Assembly: GCA_949293175.1 (NCBI GenBank)
Contig: CASFCI010000008.1
Span: 954-64,953, forward strand
DNA length: 64,000 nt
Direction of reading: 5' to 3'
Source of the DNA: an uncultured bacterium
GTDB taxonomy: Bacteria > Bacillota_I > Bacilli_A > RFN20 > CAG-826
Each line of letters opens with the position of its first letter. Position 1 is the stretch's first letter. The translations under genes were made by a program, and so were the position numbers. Under the pieces are notes generated by a model. The model saw only the letters and a list, made by a program, of their open reading frames with translations. It made no database searches and was not told where the DNA came from. Shown here one piece after another: positions 1 through 9,700 of the stretch.

Positions 1-83
1 CGCCTTGCGGAGCTTAAGCTCGATTCCGGTGTCCTTCCCCCTTATGGCGGACATCGTCTTGGAAACTATCCTCGGATCGCGGC

Positions 84-488
84 TCATTCCTTTTTCTTCT
101 TGGCCTTCTTAGGCACCTTGTTGCCAGATTTGCTTTTCAGCGCCTCGATCTTTCCATAGACATCTAGCAGCTTCTCCGATGACTCCTCGAGGCTCGAGCT
201 GAGCTTCTCAGGGTCGAGCCCGCCGATGAGCTCGGCAAGCCGCTTGCCCTGCTCCTGCACCCCGGATAGCCGCTTGGCGGCATCGGTCAGGCGGTCAAGG
301 GCGCCGGATAGTGCGTCGAGCTTGCCGCTGATGTCGTTTATGGTCGAGAAGAGGCCCTCGACGCTTGACTCCATTTCCTTCAGCCGCTTGTCGAAGCGAG
401 ATTCAACCTCGGCTATCGAATCCAGGCTATCCGACATCTCGTCGAGCCTGGTCAAGGTCTTTATCAGCCTGTCGTCAGCGTTTTCCAT
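84..488 (-). CDS. Small coiled-coil protein with a lysine-rich C-terminal tail, unknown function. It lies downstream of the large helicase, same strand, with a 14-nt overlap.
   Basis: Six-frame ORF. Heptad-like charged/Leu pattern. Start overlaps the stop of the upstream gene, suggesting translational coupling. Confidence 0.5.
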   Translation of the reverse strand: MENADDRLIKTLTRLDEMSDSLDSIAEVESRFDKRLKEMESSVEGLFSTINDISGKLDALSGALDRLTDAAKRLSGVQEQGKRLAELIGGLDPEKLSSSLEESSEKLLDVYGKIEALKSKSGNKVPKKAKKKKE

Positions 489-3400
489 CTTCTTTTTCCT
501 CCTTTTTCAGCATTTTGTCCTTGCCGATTATATCCCTCACATACGAATAGGATAGCAGCGTGAAGAAGAAAGTCTTCTCGTGGAAAGTCGACTTCTCGAC
601 GATCTTCCTGAACGAGGATAGCGCCGCCTTGCGGTCCTCCGCCCTGACTTGGGAGAGGAAATCCAGCTTGGCGTTAAGCCCCAGATCGAGGTAGGCGCGC
701 TCGAGGTTGCGGTAGTCATTCTCCTGTATAAGGAAGTCGATGAAGCGGCTTTGCCAATCGCCGCTTTCGTGGCGGCCAAGCTTGGCCATGTTATCGATGT
801 AGAACTCGGCTTTGGACAGCAGCGATTTGGCCTCGGGGTCGGGCAATGCCCTGACGAACGCCCGCCTGGCGCCTTCGTAGTCGCCATCGCGCAGCAGAAC
901 CTTCCCGTGGCTCTTCCACCTTTCGGGGTCGATGGAATTGGAGAATATCGACCTGACGTCCTCTAAGCGGAACTTCTGCAGCGATGACAGCAGCTTGTCG
1001 AACGACCCCTTCGGGGCATTGGATTCGGTTATCAGGATCCGGTTCTTGGCCCGGGTCAACCCCACGTAAAGCCGGTTGAACATCATCCGGAGCGAGGTCA
1101 CGTGGCGCCCTTTCTTCTGCTCGCCACAGAGGCACTCGGCAAACTCGGGGCCGAACTCGGTCAGGAAGTCGACGAGTATCACCCCGTCCCATTCCCTGCC
1201 CTTGGCCTGCTCGATCGGTAGGAAGGAGGTATCCGCGTAGTCGCCGATCCCCTCGAGCTTGCCTTTGACCGCCTCCTTGGCCCGCTCGCAGGACTCCAAG
1301 GAGGGGAAAAGGAAGACGAAATCCTCGTTCGACTTGAACGCCAAACTCACCAATGGGCAGAGGTCGGAGCCGATGTCGAGGTAGCTCACGAACAAATCGT
1401 CGGCGTCGAGGCGAAAGCTGGTCTCCGGCTCGTCGAGTATCGCCTTCTGCGCCCCGATGCGGTCGCGCTTGATGGCCTTCATGCCGTTTATGAAGCCCAG
1501 CAAACTCGGCCCGGTGCGGTAAGACCCGCTTAGCCTATGGGTGTCGATGCTGATCGGCCTTCCGAAATGCGAATAAAGCAGCTGGTTGGCTTTCGAAAGA
1601 GAGAAGATGGTCGGGTTGACCGACTGGTTCTCGTCCCCGTATAGGTAGAGCGGTATCAGCTTGCAATCCGGCAGGTAATCCAATAGCGAAAGGAACTGCA
1701 GCGGCGTCAGATCTTGATATTCGTCGATGATTATCGAGTCGAAACAGAGGCTTTTGCGCTTCTTTTGCAGCAATAGCAAAGCCAGATCGTTGTCGGTTAG
1801 TTTGCCTAGCCGCCTTATCTCCCTCTGGTAGTCCTCGCCAAGGTCATAGACCGCCTCGGCGACGTCGAGGGGGTAGCCTTCCTCCGAGGTGAGGTAGGCG
1901 CAGAAGTCCGCCTTCTTCATCGGCCTAACGGAGTTGGAGTCGGAGCCGAAGAGGTAGCCGCGGATGTAGAGGTAGGCGATCCGGCCCTGCTCCTCTTTGT
2001 CGGCGCTTAGGGCGGCGAAGGTCTTCTCCGACTTGCGGTATCGCGCAAGGTAAGTCGAGAAGAAGGAGAGGAAATCCTCCTCGAAGGAGAGCTCATGCTC
2101 GCCCAGCTCGGCGGTCGAAAGCGAGATGAAGGTATGGCAGACCACGTCGCCATGCCCCATCTCCTGCAGCTTGTCGGCGGCGTAGTCGCGAAGGCTCGGC
2201 TCATAGGTGAGGTAAAGCGTCCTGCCCTCGCCTTGCAGGCATAGGCAGTTCTCGATGGAAAGCAGCGTCTTTCCCGTCCCGGCCGAGCCGATGAAGGCTA
2301 GAGGCGGCAGGCTGACCAGGCTCTTGACCAAGGCGAACTGGCGCTTCGAGGGATAGGCGATGGAGTCGATCTCCTTGCTGTTGCCCCGCTTAAGCAGCAT
2401 CCGTTCATATAGGTTGTCGGTGTTTAGGCGGCTAAGGAGCAATTCGGCGAACTCGCCCTGCTGGTCGTGCCTAGAGGGCGGGCAGATGTCTAGCAGGAAG
2501 AAGTCCGAGGCGCAGTAGAAGCGGTCGGAGAACTCCCCGGTCGAGGAGAAATCGTATCCGCGGCGGTAGAAGACCCGCGCTGCCTTGTACTGGCTGCCGT
2601 TGAGGCGGAACTTCCTGACCTTCCCGGTCTGTTTGATCTCCTTGTTGTTCCTTGAGCTCAGCATCTGATTGAGGGCTGGCTCGGAATAGGTCAATAGGCG
2701 GTGGATGAGCTTTGATATCTCCTGCTCCGCCTCGGGGTGGTCGGAATATAGCTGCTTGGCGCTTTTAAGGAAATAGGCGGAGGCGAAGACCCGGCGCTCC
2801 TCCTTCTCCTGGTCGATGTAGTCGGAGATCGCTTCCTCGATCTCGTCCTTGTTCTGCGTCTCCTCGGGCTCGGCTTTGGGTTCCTCGCGCTTGGGCTTGG
2901 GCTTTTGCTTCTCCTCGACGGCCTCCGGGGAACGCTGCGAGCGGGAAAAAAGATCGAAGAACGTCGCCGAGGAGAACTGCCCCTCGACGGTGCAGCCGTG
3001 GTCGGAATAGGCGAAGATGATGCCGGTTTTCCTGTCCGGGCAGAGGTTTATCACCAGCGATGGGTCCTCGCCAAGGCAAAGCAGCATCGCCCCGACCTGG
3101 CTCTTGTTCTGGTCGGTCAGGGCCACCAGCGGCACCCATTTGTCGGCCTCAAAGGGCTTAAGGAGCGAATATATCTTGTCATCCGTCTCCGGGACCGGGG
3201 AGAAGATGGCGTTGTTGTAGAACCTGGCCTCGCTTATCCGGCTTAGGGCCTTGGTCGCCATGGACAGGACGTATTCGTCGCGGTATGGCCCAACCAGCTG
3301 CGATAGATGGGAGAGGATCGGCTTCCTGGGGTTGGGACGGAAGTCATATTGGGCGAAGCACATCCCCCTAGCCTGCTTGGGCGGACGGTAATTTGGGTTG

Positions 3401-4239
3401 GCGTTTAGGTTCGGCACCGCCTTCTTCGAGTACGGAGAAAAGGCCTGCTTGACCTTCTTTATGTCAAACGGCTTGGGGGTTTCATCCGGCTCCCGCGTGG
3501 CTGGCGAGAGCCTATCGCCTTTTGGGTCGCGGATGGCCTTGGGCTTTTTAGACGATGAGGGCACGAAGCTTGGCCTAACGACCTCGACTTTGGGGGCCGG
3601 GGAATCGTCTTCCTCCGCTTCTTCCTCCTGTTTCTGGCTGGTTATCCGCTTGGAGAATGTGTTCTTGAAGCTTTTCTTGCTTGAGGCGGCGAAGTAAGAA
3701 GGCACCTCGACCTTCTCCGCAGGCTCCTCGTATTCCTCGTCATCCTCGCTTGGCGAGGGGGTGAAATAGCCGAGGTTTGCGACCTTTCCCTGCTTCGTGG
3801 GGGCGAATGATTCGGGCTGCTTGGCCGTCTGCTCGTCACCGAAAAGGAGCAACAGGTCGCTATAGGTGTACTCCTTGCCATCCTCGACCAATCCGAAAGG
3901 CTCGTAGATGGCCTCCTTTATCAGTCCGGAGGCGGTGATTACGTAGGCTGGGAGCAGCGATCCGTTATGACAAAGCAAGATGTCGTCGACCTTAGAGGAG
4001 GACACCCTGACCGCGACGCACTGATAATCAAGCGGATCGAAGCTGGCCACCCGCCTCTTCTCTTCTTCGTCAACCCGGTGATAGGAAGGCACGAAGACGG
4101 TGTTTAGATCAAACCGCAATGAAGACAAGGCGAAGAGATCGTCATCCACTTCCGGATAGCGGTCCTCGCCGGTCGTGAAGACGAACCGGAACCTGACCCT
4201 AGAGGACCTATTTGAACCATTTGACTCGAATTTGTACAT
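475..4239 (-). CDS. Large SF1 (UvrD/HelD-like) helicase-family protein with a ~640-aa uncharacterised N-terminal region, acidic/Lys-Pro-rich disordered linkers and a C-terminal TPR-like tail. The ORF is open up to 4356; the likely start is the Met at 4239.
   Basis: Walker A 'IGSAGTGKT'. Motif II 'IIIDEYQDLTP'. Motif VI 'YVGLTRAKNRILI'. C-terminal repeats 'DYEGARRAFVRALPD...'. The longer 4356 start would run antisense through the conserved N-terminus of the divergent GNAT gene. Confidence 0.75.
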   Translation of the reverse strand: MYKFESNGSNRSSRVRFRFVFTTGEDRYPEVDDDLFALSSLRFDLNTVFVPSYHRVDEEEKRRVASFDPLDYQCVAVRVSSSKVDDILLCHNGSLLPAYVITASGLIKEAIYEPFGLVEDGKEYTYSDLLLLFGDEQTAKQPESFAPTKQGKVANLGYFTPSPSEDDEEYEEPAEKVEVPSYFAASSKKSFKNTFSKRITSQKQEEEAEEDDSPAPKVEVVRPSFVPSSSKKPKAIRDPKGDRLSPATREPDETPKPFDIKKVKQAFSPYSKKAVPNLNANPNYRPPKQARGMCFAQYDFRPNPRKPILSHLSQLVGPYRDEYVLSMATKALSRISEARFYNNAIFSPVPETDDKIYSLLKPFEADKWVPLVALTDQNKSQVGAMLLCLGEDPSLVINLCPDRKTGIIFAYSDHGCTVEGQFSSATFFDLFSRSQRSPEAVEEKQKPKPKREEPKAEPEETQNKDEIEEAISDYIDQEKEERRVFASAYFLKSAKQLYSDHPEAEQEISKLIHRLLTYSEPALNQMLSSRNNKEIKQTGKVRKFRLNGSQYKAARVFYRRGYDFSSTGEFSDRFYCASDFFLLDICPPSRHDQQGEFAELLLSRLNTDNLYERMLLKRGNSKEIDSIAYPSKRQFALVKSLVSLPPLAFIGSAGTGKTLLSIENCLCLQGEGRTLYLTYEPSLRDYAADKLQEMGHGDVVCHTFISLSTAELGEHELSFEEDFLSFFSTYLARYRKSEKTFAALSADKEEQGRIAYLYIRGYLFGSDSNSVRPMKKADFCAYLTSEEGYPLDVAEAVYDLGEDYQREIRRLGKLTDNDLALLLLQKKRKSLCFDSIIIDEYQDLTPLQFLSLLDYLPDCKLIPLYLYGDENQSVNPTIFSLSKANQLLYSHFGRPISIDTHRLSGSYRTGPSLLGFINGMKAIKRDRIGAQKAILDEPETSFRLDADDLFVSYLDIGSDLCPLVSLAFKSNEDFVFLFPSLESCERAKEAVKGKLEGIGDYADTSFLPIEQAKGREWDGVILVDFLTEFGPEFAECLCGEQKKGRHVTSLRMMFNRLYVGLTRAKNRILITESNAPKGSFDKLLSSLQKFRLEDVRSIFSNSIDPERWKSHGKVLLRDGDYEGARRAFVRALPDPEAKSLLSKAEFYIDNMAKLGRHESGDWQSRFIDFLIQENDYRNLERAYLDLGLNAKLDFLSQVRAEDRKAALSSFRKIVEKSTFHEKTFFFTLLSYSYVRDIIGKDKMLKKEEKEDGKR

Positions 4240-4266
4240 AGATTGATGCTGCGATAAGATAACCCC

Positions 4267-4815
4267 ATGCAGGTTTTCCGCAAGGCCGTTTCGCGCGATT
4301 CCAAATCGATAGAAAAGCTGTTGGGGAGGGTGGAGCTGTCCCTGCAGGAGGACCATCTCCCGCCCTACTTCCCCTATTATACTTTCGATTCGAACGATTT
4401 GGATGGCGTATATGTATACGCCGACCGCGGGAAGTGCGTCGGGTTGCTTAGCTTCAGCCGCACCCTAGAGCCGATGTTTTCCGGCAATGGCCGATACCGG
4501 AAGGAGGACGACCTCCTCTCTAAGATCGCCTACAAAGGCGAGGACATCGCCTTGCTCCGGTTCCTCTGCGTCGACCCGATGGATAGGCGGCAGAAGAAGG
4601 GGACGGAGATGTTCAATTCGCTGTCCTGTTTGCTTTCAAAGACGACCTTCTTCGCCCCGATAAGCCGGTTCAACGCGCCGGGCATCGAGTTTTTGAAATC
4701 GCTTGGCTTCTATATGGTAAGCGAGGGAGCGGAGATGGACATCCCCGACCGGACCGGCATCATCATGGCCAAGCCCTACGTCAAGCAGGGCATCTGCTCC
4801 GACCCGAGGTTTTAG
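4267..4815 (+). CDS. GNAT-family N-acetyltransferase
   Basis: Motif A-like 'LLRFLCVDPMDRRQKKGTEMF'. 182 aa. Confidence 0.55.
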   Translation: MQVFRKAVSRDSKSIEKLLGRVELSLQEDHLPPYFPYYTFDSNDLDGVYVYADRGKCVGLLSFSRTLEPMFSGNGRYRKEDDLLSKIAYKGEDIALLRFLCVDPMDRRQKKGTEMFNSLSCLLSKTTFFAPISRFNAPGIEFLKSLGFYMVSEGAEMDIPDRTGIIMAKPYVKQGICSDPRF

Positions 4816-6530
4816 GAAAGCTGCGAGTCGTATAGCTCCTTGAAGAACCCGCCTTGGGCCATGAGCTCCTCGAAGTTCCCGCGCTCGATTATCTCGCCCG
4901 ACTTCATCACCAAGATGAGGTCGGCGTTTTTGATGGTCGAAAGGCGGTGGGCGACCACGATCGAGGTCTTGCCCCTCATGAGCTCATCGAAGGAGGCGCT
5001 CAGCTCAAGCTCGGTCCTTAGGTCGATCGAGGAGGTCGCCTCGTCGAGGAGGATTATCTCCGGGGCGAGCAGCATGATGCGGGCCACGCAAAGCAGCTGC
5101 TTCTCCCCCATGGAGAGCCCCGAGGCGTTGGAGACTATGGTGTCGTATCCTTGCGGCAGGCGGCGGATGAAGCCATCCGCGTGCGCCTTCTTGGCCGCCG
5201 CGACTATCTCCTCCATGCTGGCGTCGGGCTTAGCGAAGGCGATGTTGTCCTTAACCGTCCCCGAGCAGAGCCAGCAATCCTGCAGCACCATTCCGATGTG
5301 GCCGCGCATGCTGCGCTTGCTTATGTCGCGGCTATCGACGCCATTGAAATAGAATCCGCCCTTTTGGGGGTCGTAGAAGCGCATGAGCAGGTTGATGATG
5401 GTGGTCTTGCCGCACCCGGTCGGGCCGACCAAGGCGATCTTGTGGCCTTTGTAGATGTCGATTGAGAAGCCCTTGATTATCTGCTTCTTGCCATCGTAGG
5501 AGAACCACATGTCCTTGGCTTCTAACGAATCGACGGCTCCTTCGATTGAGGCTTTCCCCTCATCGAGGTCGTCAAGCGAGGATAAAGCCGCGTCGACCCG
5601 CTGCAAGCTAGTCAAGGCGTAGAAGACGTCGCTCGCGGCGTCGGATATCTCGTTGAACGGGGTCATGTACTGCAGCGAGTAGGTTAGGAAGGATGACAAT
5701 GCCCCGACCGAGAAGGAGACGCCGAGGCTGTAGTTCTTAACCAATAGATAGGCGCCGAGCAGGATCACCAAGGCGTAGATGAGGTTGTTCACCAGCCTCG
5801 TCCCGGGGTTGATCCAGCTGGCGGCGAAGGAGGCCTTGAAGTTGGCGGATAGGACCTGCTTGTTCAGCTCGTCGAAGCTCTCCTCCTTCATATCGGCTAA
5901 GCCATAGGATTGGATGGTCTGCAAATTGGAAATCGACTCGAGGCCATAGCCGTTTAGGATGCCGCGCTTCTTCGACTGCTCGTTGAAGTACCTGGCGTTG
6001 CGGGAGGAGATGAACTTGGAGACCACCACCGAGATCGGGGTGAGGATGATGACCAATAGCGCCAAGGCGTAGTTAAGATAGAACATGAAGCCGAGGGTGA
6101 TGAGGATCTGCACCGCCCCCTCATAAACCGCCCCGGCCCCGGTGATGAGCCCGGTCTGGACGTTCTCGATGTCGGTGACGAGCCGCTGCAATAGGTCGCC
6201 GTGGCTGCTCGAATCTATGTAGGAGATGGGGGCTGATAGGTATTTGCGGTAGACCGCGTCGCGCATCCGCTTGACCACGGCGTTGCCGATATAGGAAAGC
6301 GAGAGGTCGAAGGCGTAGCGGAAAACCGACCCGGCAAGCAGCAGCCCGATCATGGCGATCAGGTAGGGGTAGATGGCGAACTCGCCATCCTCTAGCATGT
6401 CGACGCATAGCCCGGTGAGGAAGGGGATGGCCATCTTCGAGGCGACCGAGATCAAGGCGAAAAGCACCGATAGTACGGCCAGGGGGTAGGACCCCTTTAG
6501 GAAATGGAGCAGAATCTTCACGCGCTTCAT
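4812..6530 (-). CDS. ABC exporter, fused permease-ATPase (type I exporter, half-transporter)
   Basis: Six N-terminal TM segments. Walker A 'GPTGCGKTT'. Signature 'LSMGEKQ'. Walker B 'ILLDEATS'. Confidence 0.85.
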   Translation of the reverse strand: MKRVKILLHFLKGSYPLAVLSVLFALISVASKMAIPFLTGLCVDMLEDGEFAIYPYLIAMIGLLLAGSVFRYAFDLSLSYIGNAVVKRMRDAVYRKYLSAPISYIDSSSHGDLLQRLVTDIENVQTGLITGAGAVYEGAVQILITLGFMFYLNYALALLVIILTPISVVVSKFISSRNARYFNEQSKKRGILNGYGLESISNLQTIQSYGLADMKEESFDELNKQVLSANFKASFAASWINPGTRLVNNLIYALVILLGAYLLVKNYSLGVSFSVGALSSFLTYSLQYMTPFNEISDAASDVFYALTSLQRVDAALSSLDDLDEGKASIEGAVDSLEAKDMWFSYDGKKQIIKGFSIDIYKGHKIALVGPTGCGKTTIINLLMRFYDPQKGGFYFNGVDSRDISKRSMRGHIGMVLQDCWLCSGTVKDNIAFAKPDASMEEIVAAAKKAHADGFIRRLPQGYDTIVSNASGLSMGEKQLLCVARIMLLAPEIILLDEATSSIDLRTELELSASFDELMRGKTSIVVAHRLSTIKNADLILVMKSGEIIERGNFEELMAQGGFFKELYDSQLS

Positions 6531-6531
6531 A

Positions 6532-8250
6532 TCAGTTCACCTGCGCCTCAAACGTCTCGCGGTACACCCGGCAGGAGGAGAGCAATTCGTCATGCTTGCC
6601 AACCCCGACCAGCTTCCCGCCGTCGAGGACGTATATCCGGTCGCAGTCCTTTATCGAGGTGGCCCGCTGCGAGATCAAAAGCACCGACACGCCTTCGATC
6701 TGCGACAAAGCGGACCGCACCTTGGCGTCGGTCTTGTAGTCGAGGGCGGAGGTCGAGTCATCGAGGATGAGGATGCTCCGGTGCGACAATACCGCCCTGG
6801 CGATGAGAAGTCGCTGCTTCTGCCCGCCAGAGAAGTTCGCCCCGCCTTCCTCGACCTCGTGGTCGACCCAATCCGGGTAGCCGGAGACGAATTCATCGGC
6901 TTGGGCTATGCGCAGGGCTTCCTTGATCTGCTGCTCGCTATACTCGCGCCCCAGGCAGATGTTGTCGCGGATGGTTCCTTTGAAGAGCTCTTTGTTCTGC
7001 AGCACCAAGCCGACTTGGGCGCGCAGCTGGTCAAGCTTCAGTTCCTTGAGGTTTACGCCGCCATAAAGGACTTCGCCCACGCTTGGGTCGAGGAAGCGCA
7101 TCAATAGCCCGATGAGGGTGGATTTGCCAGAGCCGGTCCCGCCCAATATCCCGATCCGCTCGCCCCTATCAAGATGGAAGTCGATGCCGTCCAAGGCCCG
7201 GGATTCGCCGCCATAGGAGACCGAGGCATGCTTGAGCTCAAATAGGGTCTCGCCCATCTTGACCTCCGGAAGGTCCTTGTCGCCGCTTACTATCGAGATC
7301 GGCAAAGTCAGGAACCCGTCGATCCTGACCTTGCTGGCGTAGGCCTTCGAAAGCGAGGTGACGAGCCTCGAGAACTGGATAAGCGAGGTTAGGGACTGGG
7401 TCAATAGGCTCATGATAGCGACTATCGAACCGACCGAAAGGCCAGAGTAGTCGAACTGGTAGGAACCGAGGTAGAAGATCGCGACGATGGCGAGGTTGAC
7501 CAGGCCGAAGGTCAGGGGGTTCAGGAAGGCGTTGACCCGGGCCAATGAGTTGCTCTTGGAGCGGTAGGATTCGCTTAGCTTCACGAAACCCTCGGCCGAG
7601 CTTTCCTGCTTGTTGAAGCTCCGTATGACCCTCGCGCCGGAGATCGCGTCGCCTCCGGAGAGGTTGATCTTATCGAGGTCGGACTGGATGGCCTTGTACC
7701 GCTTCGGGGTGATGAGCAATATGGTCGCCACCACCGCGGCGCATAGCGCCAAAGCGCAGACGACGGCGATGCCGGCATAGACGTTCAATATGAAGCTCGC
7801 CACGATCGAGCCAAGGGTCAAAAACGGTGCCCTGACGAGTAGCCTCATGAACATGAAGAGGCCGTTTTGCAGCGAAAACGAGTCGTTGGAAAGAAGGTTC
7901 AGGGCCTTGGCCTTGCCATAGCTTTGCAGCTGAAGCGAGGAGACGGCGTTCATCTTCTTGTATATGCCATCCCGCAGGCGATACCCGAACTCGCAGCTCA
8001 CCTTGGAGGCGACGTATTGGGTGACCATCGTGGCCCCGAAGCCCAGGAAGGAAAGGGCGAGGATTATCGAGGAGAGGGTCAAGATGTAGGAGGCGTCGCG
8101 GAAATGCGAGCCGTCCTCGGAAAGCCCATTATCGATTATGGCTTTGACCAAAAAAGGGACGACGAGTTCGCAAATGCACTCGACGACCTTCAGGCAGGGG
8201 GCGAGGATGGTGGCGGGGATGTGGCCTTTTAGATAAGACAAAGACTTCAT
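6532..8250 (-). CDS. ABC exporter, fused permease-ATPase (heterodimer partner)
   Basis: Walker A 'GGTGSGKST'. Signature 'FSGGQKQR'. Walker B 'LILDDSTS'. Adjacent to the paralog at 4812-6530. Confidence 0.85.
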   Translation of the reverse strand: MKSLSYLKGHIPATILAPCLKVVECICELVVPFLVKAIIDNGLSEDGSHFRDASYILTLSSIILALSFLGFGATMVTQYVASKVSCEFGYRLRDGIYKKMNAVSSLQLQSYGKAKALNLLSNDSFSLQNGLFMFMRLLVRAPFLTLGSIVASFILNVYAGIAVVCALALCAAVVATILLITPKRYKAIQSDLDKINLSGGDAISGARVIRSFNKQESSAEGFVKLSESYRSKSNSLARVNAFLNPLTFGLVNLAIVAIFYLGSYQFDYSGLSVGSIVAIMSLLTQSLTSLIQFSRLVTSLSKAYASKVRIDGFLTLPISIVSGDKDLPEVKMGETLFELKHASVSYGGESRALDGIDFHLDRGERIGILGGTGSGKSTLIGLLMRFLDPSVGEVLYGGVNLKELKLDQLRAQVGLVLQNKELFKGTIRDNICLGREYSEQQIKEALRIAQADEFVSGYPDWVDHEVEEGGANFSGGQKQRLLIARAVLSHRSILILDDSTSALDYKTDAKVRSALSQIEGVSVLLISQRATSIKDCDRIYVLDGGKLVGVGKHDELLSSCRVYRETFEAQVN

Positions 8251-9578
8251 TTCGGCTGGTTCCTCGATGGGGAGAACCTGATCCTTCCGCAGGGGGTCTG
8301 CTCCTCGACCCCGTTGTTGACGAGGAAGAAGTCGATCTCGTCGGCGTAGGCGTGCATCGTCATGAAGACGAAATGGCCGTCCTCGATTGGGAGATCGGCG
8401 TACTCGACGTCGCCGAAGGTGAACTCAACCCCATCCTCTATCCGCTCGCAGCACATATTGCCGATATCGACGGCGAGGTAAGGCAAAGGCATGTAGAAAT
8501 TGAAGCTGAGCGTCCCGGCGTCCTTAGAGAAGGAGATATTGGTCATCTGCCCGATGACCGGTGTGGAGAACATCATCATCGTGTCGCAGAAGGTGTCCTC
8601 GTCATAGACGATCTGCCCTTTCTTCCATCCCTGCGCCTCGCCGAAGGCTTGGATATAGGACTTTATGCTCTCTGTCAATTTCTCATCGGCCCTGTCCGAG
8701 CTCGAATATAGGTAATCTGTCATGGTAAGCAGCGCCCCGGCCCGGTCGATGTTGACCGCGGTGAATGCCCCGTCGATGAAGTAGTTCGAGAGTCTATAGC
8801 AGACGTGGGCGAACGGGAGGGCGAACTTGGCGGCGTTGGAGGAGTAGAGGCTATAGAATGTCTCGTAGCACTTCATGTACATCCTAAGCGCCAGCTGGCG
8901 GTCCATCATAACCCCGACCCCGGTGTCGTAGAGGTCGGCGAGCATGAAGAGGGCGTGGTCGGAGCCGAGCAGCACGGCTTTGTTGAGCGTCTCGGCGCAT
9001 TTAACATCGCTGCGGCGGTGATGCGGGGTGCCGGTCGAAAGCAGGTTGGCCCTAAACCGGAGCGCCTCCTCGTTGTAGTCGAGCCGCTTGGCGAAGAAAT
9101 AATGCCAGGCCTTGTCTAGATCGGCGGGGGTGTTCTTCGAGCCGTAGAAGTAGAACCGGCCGAGGTCCATCGCGGCCAGCACGTCGCCCTTGCGGTAAAG
9201 CGAGTCGCAGTATTTCAGGAACAGCGCCTCATTGCTCTGGCTGTCCTCGACCAAACCGTTGACGTAGGCATCGCAGAAATCGTAGATGTCGCGGTGGGAC
9301 CGAGAAATCGCCCTCGGGTCTTCCGATATCGACTTGATCGTCTGCTCGTCAATCGATAATCCGGAGGCGTCCCCCACCACCGTGGCCATCCCGCAATGCG
9401 GGCACCTAGCCGATATCGAATTGGGAGTGGAATCGTCCCACTCCTTGACCTCCCTGGCGTCGAATACCCTTCCACAGGAAAGGCAGCCGGCTTTTCTGGA
9501 GGACACAATCTCAAGCTCGTTGTTGGCGGCGTGCTTTATGTACTCGCCGATTGCTTGCTCGTCTAAACTCTTTTCCAT
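8247..9578 (-). CDS. Zinc-ribbon plus Sel1/TPR-like repeat protein. First gene of the ABC exporter operon (4-nt overlap).
   Basis: N-terminal CxxC...CxxC ('CLSCGR...CPHCG'). Sel1-like repeats ('LADLYDTGVGVMMDRQLALRMY'). Confidence 0.5.
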   Translation of the reverse strand: MEKSLDEQAIGEYIKHAANNELEIVSSRKAGCLSCGRVFDAREVKEWDDSTPNSISARCPHCGMATVVGDASGLSIDEQTIKSISEDPRAISRSHRDIYDFCDAYVNGLVEDSQSNEALFLKYCDSLYRKGDVLAAMDLGRFYFYGSKNTPADLDKAWHYFFAKRLDYNEEALRFRANLLSTGTPHHRRSDVKCAETLNKAVLLGSDHALFMLADLYDTGVGVMMDRQLALRMYMKCYETFYSLYSSNAAKFALPFAHVCYRLSNYFIDGAFTAVNIDRAGALLTMTDYLYSSSDRADEKLTESIKSYIQAFGEAQGWKKGQIVYDEDTFCDTMMMFSTPVIGQMTNISFSKDAGTLSFNFYMPLPYLAVDIGNMCCERIEDGVEFTFGDVEYADLPIEDGHFVFMTMHAYADEIDFFLVNNGVEEQTPCGRIRFSPSRNQPK

Positions 9579-9700
9579 TGCCAGCGGATTATATCATGCC
9601 TACGCGCGGGTATGTAGGGAGTACGACTCCTGCCATCGGCCACATCGACGATTGAATAACGAGTCGGGCGAAGCGCAAAATATCCATCGAGGTAAACCAT

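Noticed and set aside
537-3246. Multiple 60-133-aa ORFs on both strands inside the helicase gene (537-887, 649-966, 791-1192, 2765-3139, 2905-3246 and others)
   Set aside because: These are typical high-GC alternate-frame artefacts (Arg/Pro/Ala-rich). They lie fully inside a long ORF with clear helicase motifs.
4240-4356. N-terminal 39-aa extension of the helicase (start at 4356)
   Set aside because: It is low-complexity (LLQGQLHPPQQ) and antisense to the well-formed N-terminus of the divergent GNAT gene. The Met at 4239 is preferred.
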